Below, piece by piece: positions 21,451-30,446 of a DNA stretch of 64,000 nucleotides (its first letter is position 1; each line of letters opens with the position of its first letter). Made by a program: the position numbers and the translations under genes. The stretch lies in the NCBI GenBank assembly GCA_965222605.1, contig OZ244960.1, positions 2,976,001-3,040,000 on the forward strand, read 5' to 3'. Under the pieces are notes generated by a model that did no database searches, had not been told where the DNA came from, and saw nothing but the letters and a program-made list of their open reading frames with translations. Origin of the DNA: Candidatus Latescibacterota bacterium. Its GTDB lineage: Bacteria; Latescibacterota; UBA2968.

Positions 21451-22581
21451 ATGATGGAAGCAATAAGCACAATCCTCGCGCTGCTATTGGTCATGGCTTT
21501 CATGGCAATGCTTATTGGCCTGATTCGACCAACACTTGTAATCCGCTGGGGAGAGAAGCGTACTCGTGGCCGTGTACTCCTTTACTATGGTCTGGGATTA
21601 ATTGTACTGAGCATTTTGGGACCAGCGATGGAGCCAGAGGAGGTAAAGGTAGAGCGAGCAGAAAAAAACCTCGAAAGAGGAACGCGGCTACTCTCAGTCG
21701 CACGTTCGGCGTACGACACTCAGAATTACCAGACTGCCGTAGATTCTGCCGACGTAGCGACCAGCACCCTTAAGAGCGCGAAACTGTACATTAGTGAGGC
21801 CGCTGTTCTCGAAGGTCAAGCAAAGGCCTTTCTCGACTCCGCCGAGACAGCATTGAAAGAACAAATATCAGCGAGTAAAAAGAAAAAAGAGCAAAAAAAT
21901 GTTATGCTGGATAACCCTTTGGCTACTGGGCAACCCGGCAAGTATGGGTATATAAATAAACGTGGGGAGATGGTTATCAACCCTCAATTTGACGATGCAG
22001 GACGTTTCTCTGAAGGATTGGCGTGTGTAAAAGTGGGTGCCAAGTGGGGGTATATCAACAAAAGCGGCGATTATGTTGTTACTCCCCGATTTAATAATCT
22101 TTTCGGTAACGCTTTCTCCGAGGGACTGGCAAGTGGGGAAGTGGACGGCAAGTGGGAATATATCAACAAAAGCGGGGAGTATGTTGCTTCTCCCCAATTT
22201 GACTGGGTTTATCCTTTCTATGAGGGACTGGCAATTGTAAAGGTGGGTGACAAGAGGGGATATATCAACACAAGTATGGAGTATGTTATCAACCCCCAAT
22301 TTGACGATGCAAGCTCTTTCTCCGAGGGGCTGGCAAGGGTGAAAGTGGGCCGCAGGTGGGGATATATCAACAAAAGCGGAATATATGTTATCGCTCCCCA
22401 ACTTGACGGGACAAGGCCTTTTTCTGAGGGGCTGGCAGTTGTCTGGATCGGCGGCGATGGGCTTGGAAGAGGCGGCAAGTGGGGATATATCGACACGCAG
22501 GGAGCAGTGGTTATTCCGCTTCAATTTGACCAGGTAAGTCCTGTCACTGAAGGGTTGGCGGCTGTGAAAGTGTATAAATAA
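21451..22581 (+). CDS. Membrane-anchored WG (KWG) repeat protein
   Basis: Two N-terminal TMs, six repeats of KWGYINKSG..VINPQFD....FSEGLA.VK. Confidence 0.9.
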   Translation: MMEAISTILALLLVMAFMAMLIGLIRPTLVIRWGEKRTRGRVLLYYGLGLIVLSILGPAMEPEEVKVERAEKNLERGTRLLSVARSAYDTQNYQTAVDSADVATSTLKSAKLYISEAAVLEGQAKAFLDSAETALKEQISASKKKKEQKNVMLDNPLATGQPGKYGYINKRGEMVINPQFDDAGRFSEGLACVKVGAKWGYINKSGDYVVTPRFNNLFGNAFSEGLASGEVDGKWEYINKSGEYVASPQFDWVYPFYEGLAIVKVGDKRGYINTSMEYVINPQFDDASSFSEGLARVKVGRRWGYINKSGIYVIAPQLDGTRPFSEGLAVVWIGGDGLGRGGKWGYIDTQGAVVIPLQFDQVSPVTEGLAAVKVYK

Positions 22582-22712
22582 CTTGGTGGTTTGGGACAGA
22601 AACTGGCTTATGAAATCAATCGTTTCACTTCATCCTACTCATCCAGTTCACAATAATCTAAAACATTCCTGAGTCTGCGGTTTCAAATTGCTTTAGTGCA
22701 TCTAAAACAAGA

Positions 22713-22749
22713 AAGAGCGGACAATCTACTCTGGATTTGTCCGCTCTTG
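22713..22749. terminator. Hairpin terminator downstream of the atpC remnant
   Basis: AAGAGCGGACAA...TTGTCCGCTCTT. Confidence 0.55.
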
Positions 22750-22769
22750 CCTTCCTATTTTTAAAACTG

Positions 22770-23025
22770 TTATTTCGCTCCCGACACGCGCAGTCGGCAT
22801 AACGCCCGTGCCAGTGCTGTTTATGCGCGTTCTACATCTAAGTCTGGCGTGCGATTGTCCAATCCCTCTTGTGTTCGCGCAACGCATTCTATACCGATTT
22901 CATCGCTAAACTCGGCTACCTCTGCCAGGATTGTTGCACCATCATCCGATACATTGGCGAATCCATCGCTGATGGCAAGTGTACGATTGGTGAGAGCGCA
23001 GAATATGGCTTGTCCCATCCGATTT
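22770..23025 (-). pseudogene. atpC: ATP synthase epsilon subunit remnant (5'-truncated, internal stop)
   Basis: AISDGFANVSDDGATILAEVAEFSDEI...DVERA*TALARALCRLRVS. Confidence 0.75.
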
Positions 23026-23279
23026 AGTATTTAAAAATCTCATTACTGTCCGAGAAGCTGTTAAGAGTAACCCCTTTCACTGGGTTATTAATACCCTCAA
23101 CTCGCCATCGATCTAACGCAAAATTCACATATTTTTCCTCGTGTAGATCGAGAAATCTTGTATAGACTTCGTACCAATAGTTCTTATTCTTATTCTTTCG
23201 TCTGTGTTCTATCTCTTCCTGCGCTTTATCGGACGATGTGCCTATCTTAGTTGAAATAGTAGAGGCTCCGATGTAAATT

Positions 23280-23452
23280 GGATACAGCAGATTCAACCGT
23301 GAAAACGCTGTGTCCTCACCCAAAGGAGCCCGTGATGAAAAAAGTATCGCACAAAGCCCCCAAAGTCAAGGCCATCCACAAAGACGATGCAACGCTAGAG
23401 ACACCCCTTGAAGAAGAAGTGGGCGCACTGGATACACGCATCGCGTTGATAG
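23280..23452 (+). mobile_element. Possible left-end remnant of an IS (IS256-like transposase N-terminus)
   Basis: AAGGAG RBS then MKKVSHKAPKVK...LDTRIALI, ending abruptly. Confidence 0.3.
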
Positions 23453-23572
23453 GCTGGGATACTGAATGATCTTTTTCCCTTAGCGAAAACTTGCTTCAAT
23501 GTGAGTAATTCAAGACTTTGTTCAGTGGTGGACATGTAAAGCCTCCCGTGTAAACGAAATTTATAGGATCAG

Positions 23573-23779
23573 ATGATGACAAGGACCAAAACGACGCGCT
23601 ACGATGTCGCCGAGCACCTGCGAACGCCCGAGGAGATGGCGGCATACTTAGAAGCCTGCATTGAGAAAGCGGATGGTGATGCTGCTTTCATCGCCAAAGC
23701 ACTGGGCGATATTGCCTGCGCCAAGGATCTGTCTCAGATCGCCAGCAACGCCAAAGCGATTAAAAAAAGACCGGAATAA
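23573..23779 (+). pseudogene. Truncated addiction-module antidote (HI1420-type HTH antitoxin)
   Basis: YDVAEHLRTPEEMAAYLEAC..DGDAAFIAKALGDIA.AK..SQIA, then breaks into foreign sequence before the HTH is complete. Confidence 0.8.
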
Positions 23780-23814
23780 GCTGCGATTGAACGTTCGTCT
23801 TTCATAGGCAATAG
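23737..23814 (-). repeat. 78-bp diverged copy of the 5' end of the 18696-21083 gene
   Basis: Aligns without gaps to 21015-21092 (MKDERSIAAYSGLFLIALA vs MKNERSIAAYSGLFLIALA). Confidence 0.9.
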
Positions 23815-24005
23815 GATGCAATGCGAATGAAGAGAGGAATTATATACTTCATATACTTGAAAAGGTCAATCAAATAGGGAGTGGATTAGAGCAATGCCCT
23901 ATTTTTTAGCTGCCTGTTTTTTTGTCAAGTTCTTAATTGTGTTAGAAATCTATTTTCTCTATATTTATGAAGGGAAGATATACCTGAGCAAAAAGGCGTA
24001 ACAGA

Positions 24006-24425
24006 ATGGCAGATAAAACAGACGAAGAAAGAGTAGTTATTTGGAGCACCGGAGACAAGCAGAGAACATGGCTGATATTATTAGCCTCGACATTCTTTTA
24101 TTCTTCACTGATACTGGTCCTTCGGCACAATTGGAACAAAATTGTCGAAACTGATTACAACACAATTGTTGAGGCAATAAGTACCATGGGGTCCGCAGGA
24201 GTACTTGCTATTACGTTAGCTTTTTTAATTATAGAGGGGGTAAATCTCATGCTTATTTCAGTCGAAAAATACCGCAAAGCTCAGCGAGAAGAAGGCCGCC
24301 AAGAACGAGACAAACAATGGCTTGAATGGCTTGAGAGAGTCAGTGCTGAAAATCCTAATCTCCCATTGCCGCCTTTTATCGAGAATGGTACAGATCAAAA
24401 TGGGAATGCGGCAAACAATACATGA
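24006..24425 (+). CDS. Hypothetical membrane protein
   Basis: Two TMs then REEGRQERDKQWLEWLER charged helix. Confidence 0.6.
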   Translation: MADKTDEERVVIWSTGDKQRTWLILLASTFFYSSLILVLRHNWNKIVETDYNTIVEAISTMGSAGVLAITLAFLIIEGVNLMLISVEKYRKAQREEGRQERDKQWLEWLERVSAENPNLPLPPFIENGTDQNGNAANNT

Positions 24426-24505
24426 GCATACAACTTTTAATGGAAGTATAGCTGTGGATTTTGGCTGGCGATAGTCGGATTTGAGAATATCAGGTACTGG
24501 ATTTT

Positions 24506-24537
24506 AAAAAGCACGCTCCGTTTAGAGCGTGCTTTTT
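24506..24537. terminator. Bidirectional intrinsic terminator
   Basis: AAAAAGCACGCTC-cgttta-GAGCGTGCTTTTT. Confidence 0.75.
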
Positions 24538-24580
24538 CATTCTCCCTTGACAGCCTCAATCCACCGCCCTATATAAAGTT

Positions 24581-26527
24581 ATGGCTGAAGTCGCTCGAGA
24601 ATACGAACAAAAAGACCCCACCGCACGCGCATTGACCTATAAGTCGATCATCCTGGGGCTGGCACTTGTACTCGTAGCCGCGCTCGGTGGATTTTATGCA
24701 CGGCACATCTTGCACACAACGCGGCTGGCGCAAAATCACTTATCCCTCGCCGTGGTTTTTCCCTTTGCAATAACAGTCGTATTCTTGCGGCATTATCTCA
24801 AGCTCAATCGGGGCGAACTCCTGGTCATCTTTTCAATGGGCCTGATCGCCTCAACCCTGCCAACGTATTTCTTAAGCCGATTAATTGCCAGTTTTTGCGT
24901 ACCGTATTATCTCGCCGACCCGACAAATCGATGGGGTGAGTTTACACACGATTATCTGCCATCCTGGGCCGTAATTGAACCCGGCCCGGCATTGACGTGG
25001 TTTTTTGAGGGCTTGCCGCGCGGCGCGCCTGTTCCCTATGAAGTGTGGATCGGGCCTTTGTTCTGGTGGTTGAGCCTGCTCGCGGCACTCTGCGCAGTCT
25101 TGCTGTGTACAGCAGTAATCTTGCGCAAGCAATGGATCGAATACGAGCGATTGGACTACGCCCTCATGGAATTGCCCCTCGCAATGGTCGAGGGAGGCGA
25201 TACACCATCCCGCTTGCCCCCGTTTATGCGCTCGCCGCTCTTTTGGTTGGGTTTTTCATTTTCGATCTTCGGCATTTTGTGGAATATTATTTCCTATTTT
25301 AATCCCACATTTCCCGTATTTCCATGGCGATTTGAATCCGTTTCATTTGGACGAGATTTTCAGGCAATTCGCATGAACCTCTACTGGCCAATCGTGGGAT
25401 TTGCCTACTTTATCAACTTAGACGTCTCGTTTAGCATCTGCTTTTTCTACCTCCTCGCGGTCATCGAAGAGGGATTATTCAACCGATTCGGCGTCACAAT
25501 TTCAGAAGCGAATTTTGCTGGCACCTCCTTTGTACCCGTGGGCTGGCAAATGATTGGCGTGTGGTTTGCCGTGGTCGGCTGGGGGCTTTGGATTGCGCGA
25601 GCGCACTTGCGCGATGTATTTCGCAAAGCATTCAAAGGCGATGCTAAAATCGATGACTCAGACGAGTTGCTCTCTTATCGGAGTGCTGTCTTCGGCTTGT
25701 TGGGCGGGCTGCTTTACATGGCCTGCTGGTTTTACGCTTCGGGCATGGGCCTGTGGGTAATCGCGGTATTTCTCGTCGTCATGATGGTGGTCTATATCGG
25801 TATTTCGCGCATCATCGCCGAAACGGGCGTCATCACCATCCGCGCCGTCATGGTACCGCAAACATTTATCATGTTCACATTTGGCACCACGCGATTATCT
25901 GCACAAACCATGGTCGCACTCGGCATGTCTTATGGTTGGTGCGGCGACATGAAAACAACGCTCATGCCCGCCTTGACCCACTCCGTCCGTTTATTTGATA
26001 CTATTCAACATCACAAACGGCAACTCGCGTGGGCCATGTGTCTGGCAATGGGCGTGGGCATTGTCGCATCCTGTCTGTATATCATATCCATGGGGTATGA
26101 AGGTGGCGCGGGCAATTACGGATCGCAAATCTCCGGAGACTTAGCGCGTCGCCCCTGGGATTTCGTGGTTAAATACTCAAAAGACCCCGTCGATCCCGAC
26201 TGGCGCAAAATGGCTTTTTTCACCAGCGGCATCGCCTTCGCTGCCTTCTTGTACTTTTTGCGTTACCGCTACACCTGGTGGCCTCTGCATCCACTGGGTC
26301 TGGCAACCGGGCCTGCGTATCCCGTAACCCATGTAATCTTCCCAATATTTCTCGGCTGGTTGGGCAAATTCGCGATCCTGCGTTTTGGCGGTAGCAGAAC
26401 CTATCGCAGTGCCCGTCCCTTCTTTCTGGGATTGATAATGGGATACTATGTGGGCGCAGGTATTTCGTTTTTCGTCGATATGACCTGGTTTTACGGGCAA
26501 GGTCACGGCGTCCCGTTTTCCGATTGA
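24581..26527 (+). CDS. DUF6785/DUF6784-like polytopic membrane protein
   Basis: LRKQWIEYERLDY, WWPLHPLG, ARPFFLGLIMG. Confidence 0.8.
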   Translation: MAEVAREYEQKDPTARALTYKSIILGLALVLVAALGGFYARHILHTTRLAQNHLSLAVVFPFAITVVFLRHYLKLNRGELLVIFSMGLIASTLPTYFLSRLIASFCVPYYLADPTNRWGEFTHDYLPSWAVIEPGPALTWFFEGLPRGAPVPYEVWIGPLFWWLSLLAALCAVLLCTAVILRKQWIEYERLDYALMELPLAMVEGGDTPSRLPPFMRSPLFWLGFSFSIFGILWNIISYFNPTFPVFPWRFESVSFGRDFQAIRMNLYWPIVGFAYFINLDVSFSICFFYLLAVIEEGLFNRFGVTISEANFAGTSFVPVGWQMIGVWFAVVGWGLWIARAHLRDVFRKAFKGDAKIDDSDELLSYRSAVFGLLGGLLYMACWFYASGMGLWVIAVFLVVMMVVYIGISRIIAETGVITIRAVMVPQTFIMFTFGTTRLSAQTMVALGMSYGWCGDMKTTLMPALTHSVRLFDTIQHHKRQLAWAMCLAMGVGIVASCLYIISMGYEGGAGNYGSQISGDLARRPWDFVVKYSKDPVDPDWRKMAFFTSGIAFAAFLYFLRYRYTWWPLHPLGLATGPAYPVTHVIFPIFLGWLGKFAILRFGGSRTYRSARPFFLGLIMGYYVGAGISFFVDMTWFYGQGHGVPFSD

Positions 26528-26535
26528 TTTGACCT

Positions 26536-28362
26536 ATGAAAAAAAACAATGAGATGGATCGGATCTCACGCTGGTTTCCCTATATTGTGGGCGGGGCTGT
26601 GGTCGTGATCCGGTTTTTTTATCTCTGGTCATTCTGGGCAGACCATCCGTTTTCGCGGAAACTGATCTCAGATGCGCGGATATTTGACGACTGGGCACTG
26701 CGTATCGCCTCTGGAGATTGGCTCGGTGCCCCTGAAGTCTTCATTCTACCCCCCCTGTACCCATACCTCATGGGAATCGCTTATGCGGTCTTTGGACATA
26801 CGCCCAAACTGATTATAGGCTTACAGGCTGTCGCCGGATGTGCCAGTGCTATTCTGGTCTATCGATTGGGAGCACGGCATTTTGGCGCATGGGCGGGATT
26901 ATTTGCGGGGTTGTTATTTGCGACCTATGGACCGCAACTATTTTACGAAGGCATGCTGCTGGGCACATCGGGCGCCGTATTCCTCAGCCTGCTGGGATTG
27001 ACGCTAATCTCGGGGAATAATAAAACCCACTGGCACTGGGGACTGGCCGGACTGGTTTTTGGACTATCGGCACTCATGCGCCCCAATATCTTATCGGCAA
27101 TCCCATTTTTGCTATTTGGCGCGTGGTGGGCCTACCACAAAGCAAAACCAGTAAGACTCTCCATGCGACTGGCCGGTTACTTTGCCGGGGGACTCATGCT
27201 CCCACTCCTCCTGTGTGGTCTGCACAATGGGCTGGTTGCAGACGACTGGGTATTGATGACCGCGCACGGTGGCATCAATTTTTACATGGGCAATCACGCA
27301 GATGCTCCCGGCTGGTTTTCCGCACCCGCTGGCATGGATGCACAGATCACGCCAGATGGGGCACAGGGCAATTTGGAAGGACCGCGCCGCATAGCCGAAG
27401 ATGCGATAGGGCGGCCTTTGAAAGCGTCTGAAGTTTCTTCCTTCTGGTTTAATAAGGGTCTCGCTTTCTGGATAAATGATCCAATAGGTGCGCTAACCGT
27501 AACCTTGCGAAAGGTGCGCCTTTTTGCATCGGGATACGAAACCCCGCTCAATTATAATTTTTATTATCAAAGAAAATTCTCTGCCCTCTTGCGCTTTCCA
27601 ATCACAGAATTGTGGCTATTATTTCCCCTATCCATTGTGGGAATCATTGTCGCTGCTCGGCAATTTGATCGCCATGCCATCCTGTATCTGTGGCTCATTG
27701 GATACGCGGCAGGCGTGTTGGCATTTCACGTATCCTCGCGCTATCGCATGCCCGCAATTCCCATCCTCATGATATTTGCGGGAATGGGAATATGGGCACT
27801 GATATCCTGGGTACAGTCGCAAAAGTGGAAAAACCTCTGCATCGGTGCAGCAGTGCTCATCATCCTGTGGACCGGCTATCGCATTGAACTAAACGGACAA
27901 CTCGCCCAAAACAATTGGGCGATGGACCCCTTCAATTTGGGCACCGCTTATTTGTGGGCCAACGAGAATGAACCGGCGCGATCATTTCTCGAAGAAGCAG
28001 AAAAATACGGACAGGGCGATGCGGTATTGTATTACAATTTGGGATTGGCATATGCACGCACCGAAAAAATGGAAGCCGCCAAAAATGCGTATCGCCGGGC
28101 ACTATCCCAGGACCCCGACCTCGTACGTGCCTATGTCAACCTGGGCAATATCTTATTTTTTAAAGAAAAATTTCACGAAGCGATAAATAACTATCGGGAA
28201 GCATTGAAACGAGATCCCAACACCCACAATGCGCGTGCGAACATGGGCTGGGCGTATTGGTCTTTAGGACGGGTAAATGAGGCACGCAGCGCCTGGGAAA
28301 GGGTCTTGCAAACAGCACCCGATCATCCCTCTGCAAAAGCGGGAATGGCGCGTATTCAGTAG
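26536..28362 (+). CDS. GT-C fold (family 39/PMT-like) glycosyltransferase with C-terminal TPRs
   Basis: SDARIFDDWA, PPLYPY, LMRPN, GGINFYMGN, RYRMP, TPR repeats. Confidence 0.85.
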   Translation: MKKNNEMDRISRWFPYIVGGAVVVIRFFYLWSFWADHPFSRKLISDARIFDDWALRIASGDWLGAPEVFILPPLYPYLMGIAYAVFGHTPKLIIGLQAVAGCASAILVYRLGARHFGAWAGLFAGLLFATYGPQLFYEGMLLGTSGAVFLSLLGLTLISGNNKTHWHWGLAGLVFGLSALMRPNILSAIPFLLFGAWWAYHKAKPVRLSMRLAGYFAGGLMLPLLLCGLHNGLVADDWVLMTAHGGINFYMGNHADAPGWFSAPAGMDAQITPDGAQGNLEGPRRIAEDAIGRPLKASEVSSFWFNKGLAFWINDPIGALTVTLRKVRLFASGYETPLNYNFYYQRKFSALLRFPITELWLLFPLSIVGIIVAARQFDRHAILYLWLIGYAAGVLAFHVSSRYRMPAIPILMIFAGMGIWALISWVQSQKWKNLCIGAAVLIILWTGYRIELNGQLAQNNWAMDPFNLGTAYLWANENEPARSFLEEAEKYGQGDAVLYYNLGLAYARTEKMEAAKNAYRRALSQDPDLVRAYVNLGNILFFKEKFHEAINNYREALKRDPNTHNARANMGWAYWSLGRVNEARSAWERVLQTAPDHPSAKAGMARIQ

Positions 28363-28456
28363 GAATTATGCACACCCCTCAATTAGATAGACACCAGATA
28401 TTGTCGTACTTATATTGGCCTGACTATCCGCATCATCCGCGACCTGGAGCCCCTCA

Positions 28457-30409
28457 ATGGCCATTCGCGAACAACAAACACAGACAGCACCTGCTCGGCG
28501 AGCCGTAACCGCGCGATCAATTGTGATAGGTGCCATGTGCGCGGGCTTTTTGGGGTGGGGTGGACATTTTACGCGACACATTGCACACACCACAAAAATG
28601 GCGCAGGATCATCTGCCCTGGGGCGCAGTCGTGCCATTTTTGTTGATCGCAGTCGTATTGAATAAAGTCCTGGGAAAAGTGCGCCCGCAATGGGTCTTGC
28701 GCCCTTCGGAATTGCTGGTCATCTTCAGCATGGGACTGGTGGCATCTGCATTGCCCAGCTATTTTATGGGGCATTTGATCGCCAACGTCTCAGCGCCATT
28801 TTATTTTGCTAACACAGAGAACCGATGGGCAGAAGACATACATCCGTATTTGCCCGACTGGGCGGTCGTAACCGATGTGACGGCTGCGCGGTGGTTTTTT
28901 GAGGGACTGCCAGCCGGCGCAGCGATCCCCTGGGGCATCTGGGTAACGCCGATGATCTGGCGCCTGAGCCTGGTATTTATGATCGGCGTATTTGGGTTTT
29001 GTGCGGTTTCAATCATGCGTAAGCAATGGGTGGAACACGAACGCCTGACCTTTCCATTGATGACATTGCCACTGGAACTGGTCAACAGAGAACCGCGTGG
29101 ATTCTGGCCCGTGGGCATAATGAATCGCCCCGTGTTCTGGTGGGGATTCGCGCTCGCCTCATTTCCCATTTACTGGAATATGATTGGATATTTCCAGCCG
29201 CTTTTTCCAACCATTCCTCAATATCTGGGGTTGATGGAATTTGGTCGGTATTTCCCGCCGATTCACATGCGGTTTTATCCAGTGATCATTGGCGTCTCGT
29301 ACTTTATGGACCTGGATGTATCATTCAGCATCATTGTCTTTCACCTGTTACTAACGCTTGAAATGGGACTGTTCAATCGCCTGGGGGTCGAGATAGGCCC
29401 AACCCATGTGTGGCCGGCATCAGAATTTGAAAACTGGCAGGGTTTTGGCGCCCTGTGTGTGCTCGTACCGTGGAGTTTGTGGATGGCGCGAGAACATCTA
29501 AAAAACGTATTTTGCAAAGCCCTGCTCAAGGCGCGGGATGTCGAAGACTCGGACGAATTATTGTCCTACCGCGCAGCACTTGGCGGATTGCTGGCGAGCG
29601 GACTATTTATTTTGGGCTGGTGCGTGACGTCCGGTATGTCGGTCCTTGTTGCCCTGACTTTTTTGAGTCTCGTGGGCGTGATCTGGTTGGGGATCACGCG
29701 CGTCTGCGTGGAGGGCGGCCTGATCAGCAGCCGCATGATACAGGGACAATTTGTCGCATATCACCTGCTGGGTCCCGTGAATATCTCGCCGTCGGGAATG
29801 GCGGCATTTGCGCTTACTGAAACATGGCATCACGATATCAAAACCATATTGATGGCCAACCTCGCCAATGCCACGCGGCTTTACGACAGCATCCGACACG
29901 AAAGAACGCGCCTGGTCATCGCTCTGGGATTGGCTATGCTGGTGGTAATAACCACAAGTGCGTATTATCAAATTTCATCGAGTTATGTAACCGGCGCATT
30001 TAATTATGGCGGCATTTACGGTCCTTATGTACAGAACACTTATGATACCATAGCCGCTCATATCCGGGATCCCTTTGCCCTGAAGCGCGAGCGCATGCTG
30101 ATCGCGCTGATTGGAATGGCAACCACGGCATTGATGCTCGCGTTGCGCTATGTATGGCCCTGGTGGCCCTTGCATCCGATCGGGTTTGCTGCCGTGACAG
30201 CGTATCCGGTCAATCGCATTGTATCTTCGATCTTCTTTGCCTGGTTTTCCAAATTTATCATCTTGCGGGCGGGCGGCATTGATCTGTACCGCAAAGCATC
30301 GCCGTTTTTTCTGGGGCTTATGGTGGGGTATTTCACGGGTGTACTTGTATCGTTCTTAGTGGATTGTATCTGGTTTCCAGAACAAGGACATTCGCTGGCG
30401 TTGTATTAG
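28457..30409 (+). CDS. DUF6785/DUF6784-like polytopic membrane protein (paralog of 24581-26527)
   Basis: MRKQWVEHERLTFP, WWPLHPIG, ASPFFLGLMVG. Confidence 0.8.
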   Translation: MAIREQQTQTAPARRAVTARSIVIGAMCAGFLGWGGHFTRHIAHTTKMAQDHLPWGAVVPFLLIAVVLNKVLGKVRPQWVLRPSELLVIFSMGLVASALPSYFMGHLIANVSAPFYFANTENRWAEDIHPYLPDWAVVTDVTAARWFFEGLPAGAAIPWGIWVTPMIWRLSLVFMIGVFGFCAVSIMRKQWVEHERLTFPLMTLPLELVNREPRGFWPVGIMNRPVFWWGFALASFPIYWNMIGYFQPLFPTIPQYLGLMEFGRYFPPIHMRFYPVIIGVSYFMDLDVSFSIIVFHLLLTLEMGLFNRLGVEIGPTHVWPASEFENWQGFGALCVLVPWSLWMAREHLKNVFCKALLKARDVEDSDELLSYRAALGGLLASGLFILGWCVTSGMSVLVALTFLSLVGVIWLGITRVCVEGGLISSRMIQGQFVAYHLLGPVNISPSGMAAFALTETWHHDIKTILMANLANATRLYDSIRHERTRLVIALGLAMLVVITTSAYYQISSSYVTGAFNYGGIYGPYVQNTYDTIAAHIRDPFALKRERMLIALIGMATTALMLALRYVWPWWPLHPIGFAAVTAYPVNRIVSSIFFAWFSKFIILRAGGIDLYRKASPFFLGLMVGYFTGVLVSFLVDCIWFPEQGHSLALY

Positions 30410-30446
30410 AGGCTATATCATGTGTGACAGCAAAAGAAAACAGCGC

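Noticed and set aside
21940-22570. Regularly spaced DNA repeats as a CRISPR array
   Set aside because: They are in-frame WG protein repeats; no CRISPR array or cas genes were seen in the window.
24547-24581. TTGACA-17-TATATA just before the ATG, suggesting a leaderless mRNA
   Set aside because: The -10 lacks the conserved final T; cannot be supported without TSS data.
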